Source of the DNA: Amoeboaphelidium protococcarum X5
Taxonomy: Eukaryota > Fungi > Aphelidiomycota
Length of the DNA stretch: 64,000 nt
Assembly: GCA_023515725.1 (NCBI GenBank)
Contig: JALDTO010000212.1
Coordinates: forward strand, 1 to 64,000
Direction of reading: 5' to 3'
The notes under the pieces were generated by a model, which had not been told where the DNA came from, did no database searches, and saw only the letters and a list, made by a program, of their open reading frames with translations. Position numbers and translations under genes: made by a program. This document shows, piece by piece, positions 62,813 to 64,000 of this stretch (the stretch's first letter is position 1; each line of letters opens with the position of its first letter).

Positions 62813-64000
62813 TAAAGTCATAAATAAAATATAAAAAGAGTTGTTATCAAGCGTAACATAATTTATGTATCACCTATATTTGAGTCTCTCGCGCGCGATA
62901 AGCTAAACAAAAGTGACGTTGAAAGATAACACAGCAATTCGTAAAAGTGATACGAAAAACCGCCAGACATGTGCACGCCAGGTTTAGTGTAGAGCTGACA
63001 TTCAGATGTATGACGGCAAATCAATATCACTTATAATTGCACAAAGAGATATTATATAAGATAGTTCGCGAATGAACTAATCAGAATTTATCGGGGCGAA
63101 AAAAAAACTTATCAAAATTGATCTTCACGACATCAAGCGAAAGATAAGGGGTTTGACTTGTTGCCAGGATTATACAGTCCGCATGACAACCGTTTGATCC
63201 AGCCTTTTGATACGTCAAATCACTCCACGAGTTATCTCACGCAATCTCTTAGATAACGAGATAGCGTTACACAATGAGAAATATGATTTTGATCGATCAA
63301 ACTTTATTTTCAATAATTCATCATTACCATTAACTAATTGCCAGGGAGTGTGCAAGGAGAAATAACCAGAAAATGCCAAGCGACACGAAACTCGGTGCGC
63401 GTTCCAGGCCTTTTTTGTACCTTAGCCGAAAAGTTGTTGCAGAGTGATCGATCATACGTTAGGAAGGGGAAAGTCGACGATTGATCCCATCGATCAAGAT
63501 GGTATACAGCTATAAATCAGAACTAAAGCAAAATGCTAAACGCGCCTCTATAGAACAAGTCGATGTTATCTCGCACAATTATCAACTGGGCAATGCTATT
63601 TATATCTCTGATAAATAAACGCGATCATCCATCACTATCATTCCGCTTAAAATCAGTTCTATCAAAGTGAGGCTATTTTTATGAAACACACAATGTCCTA
63701 GAAATTTAATTATAACTTCTCTTTCCACAACCAACTAATTTCGTTTATACACAACTATTTAAATTGCAACAGATATGGCAGAGAAAGCTATAAAGACAGA
63801 TTCCTTAGATAGAAAAAGAGCATTTTCAGGTCTTCGCGCAGGGACGTTGCCGAGATTGTAATCGGCTCAGGGTCAGCCATAATCATCACTGATGAAACAA
63901 GATAGTAAGAATGGATCTGGTTCAAAGGGAGCGTTAAATATGGAGGATGGTAGTAACAGCAGTTAAGTGCAAAAGAATGGCTCAAGCAAAGATTTAGCTG

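Noticed and set aside
62900-64000. Possible gene at the right edge (including ORF 63788-63985)
   Set aside because: Frames on both strands are broken by TGA and I recognise no motif; the window truncates the context

Overview
Gene-dense eukaryotic nuclear DNA (fungus-related opisthokont gene set, few short GT-AG introns) that uses a non-standard genetic code: TAA and TAG encode Gln and TGA is the only stop (translation table 6 type). The supplied ORF track is therefore fragmented, and I re-read the frames by hand with TAR=Gln. The code plus the gene content best fit an aphelid such as Amoeboaphelidium (inference). About 33 protein genes can be delimited, including MRPL43, KIN17, CWC27, EMC6, ARPC2, VIT1/CCC1, class II eIF4E, KDM5, DUF1275, OGG1, ATP7, SRP19, MPV17, oligopeptidase B, FAM210, a PAF-AH-like hydrolase, QCR8, VWA8, ABCD4-like, two MFS paralogs, PCS60, a Myb protein, an enoyl-CoA hydratase, MCM6, a Sec7-PH GEF, NUXM, a rhomboid and a CHD7-like remodeller. 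The most unusual items are: (1) an indel-free 9 x 177-bp non-coding tandem array with a conserved palindromic core and flanking inverted repeats; (2) a Myb gene whose TGA overlaps the ATG of a peroxisomal enoyl-CoA hydratase (TGATG), divergent from a peroxisomal acyl-CoA ligase; (3) a near-uniform TGTAG 3' splice site. All coordinates and family calls come from manual reading and motif recall, not database searches.
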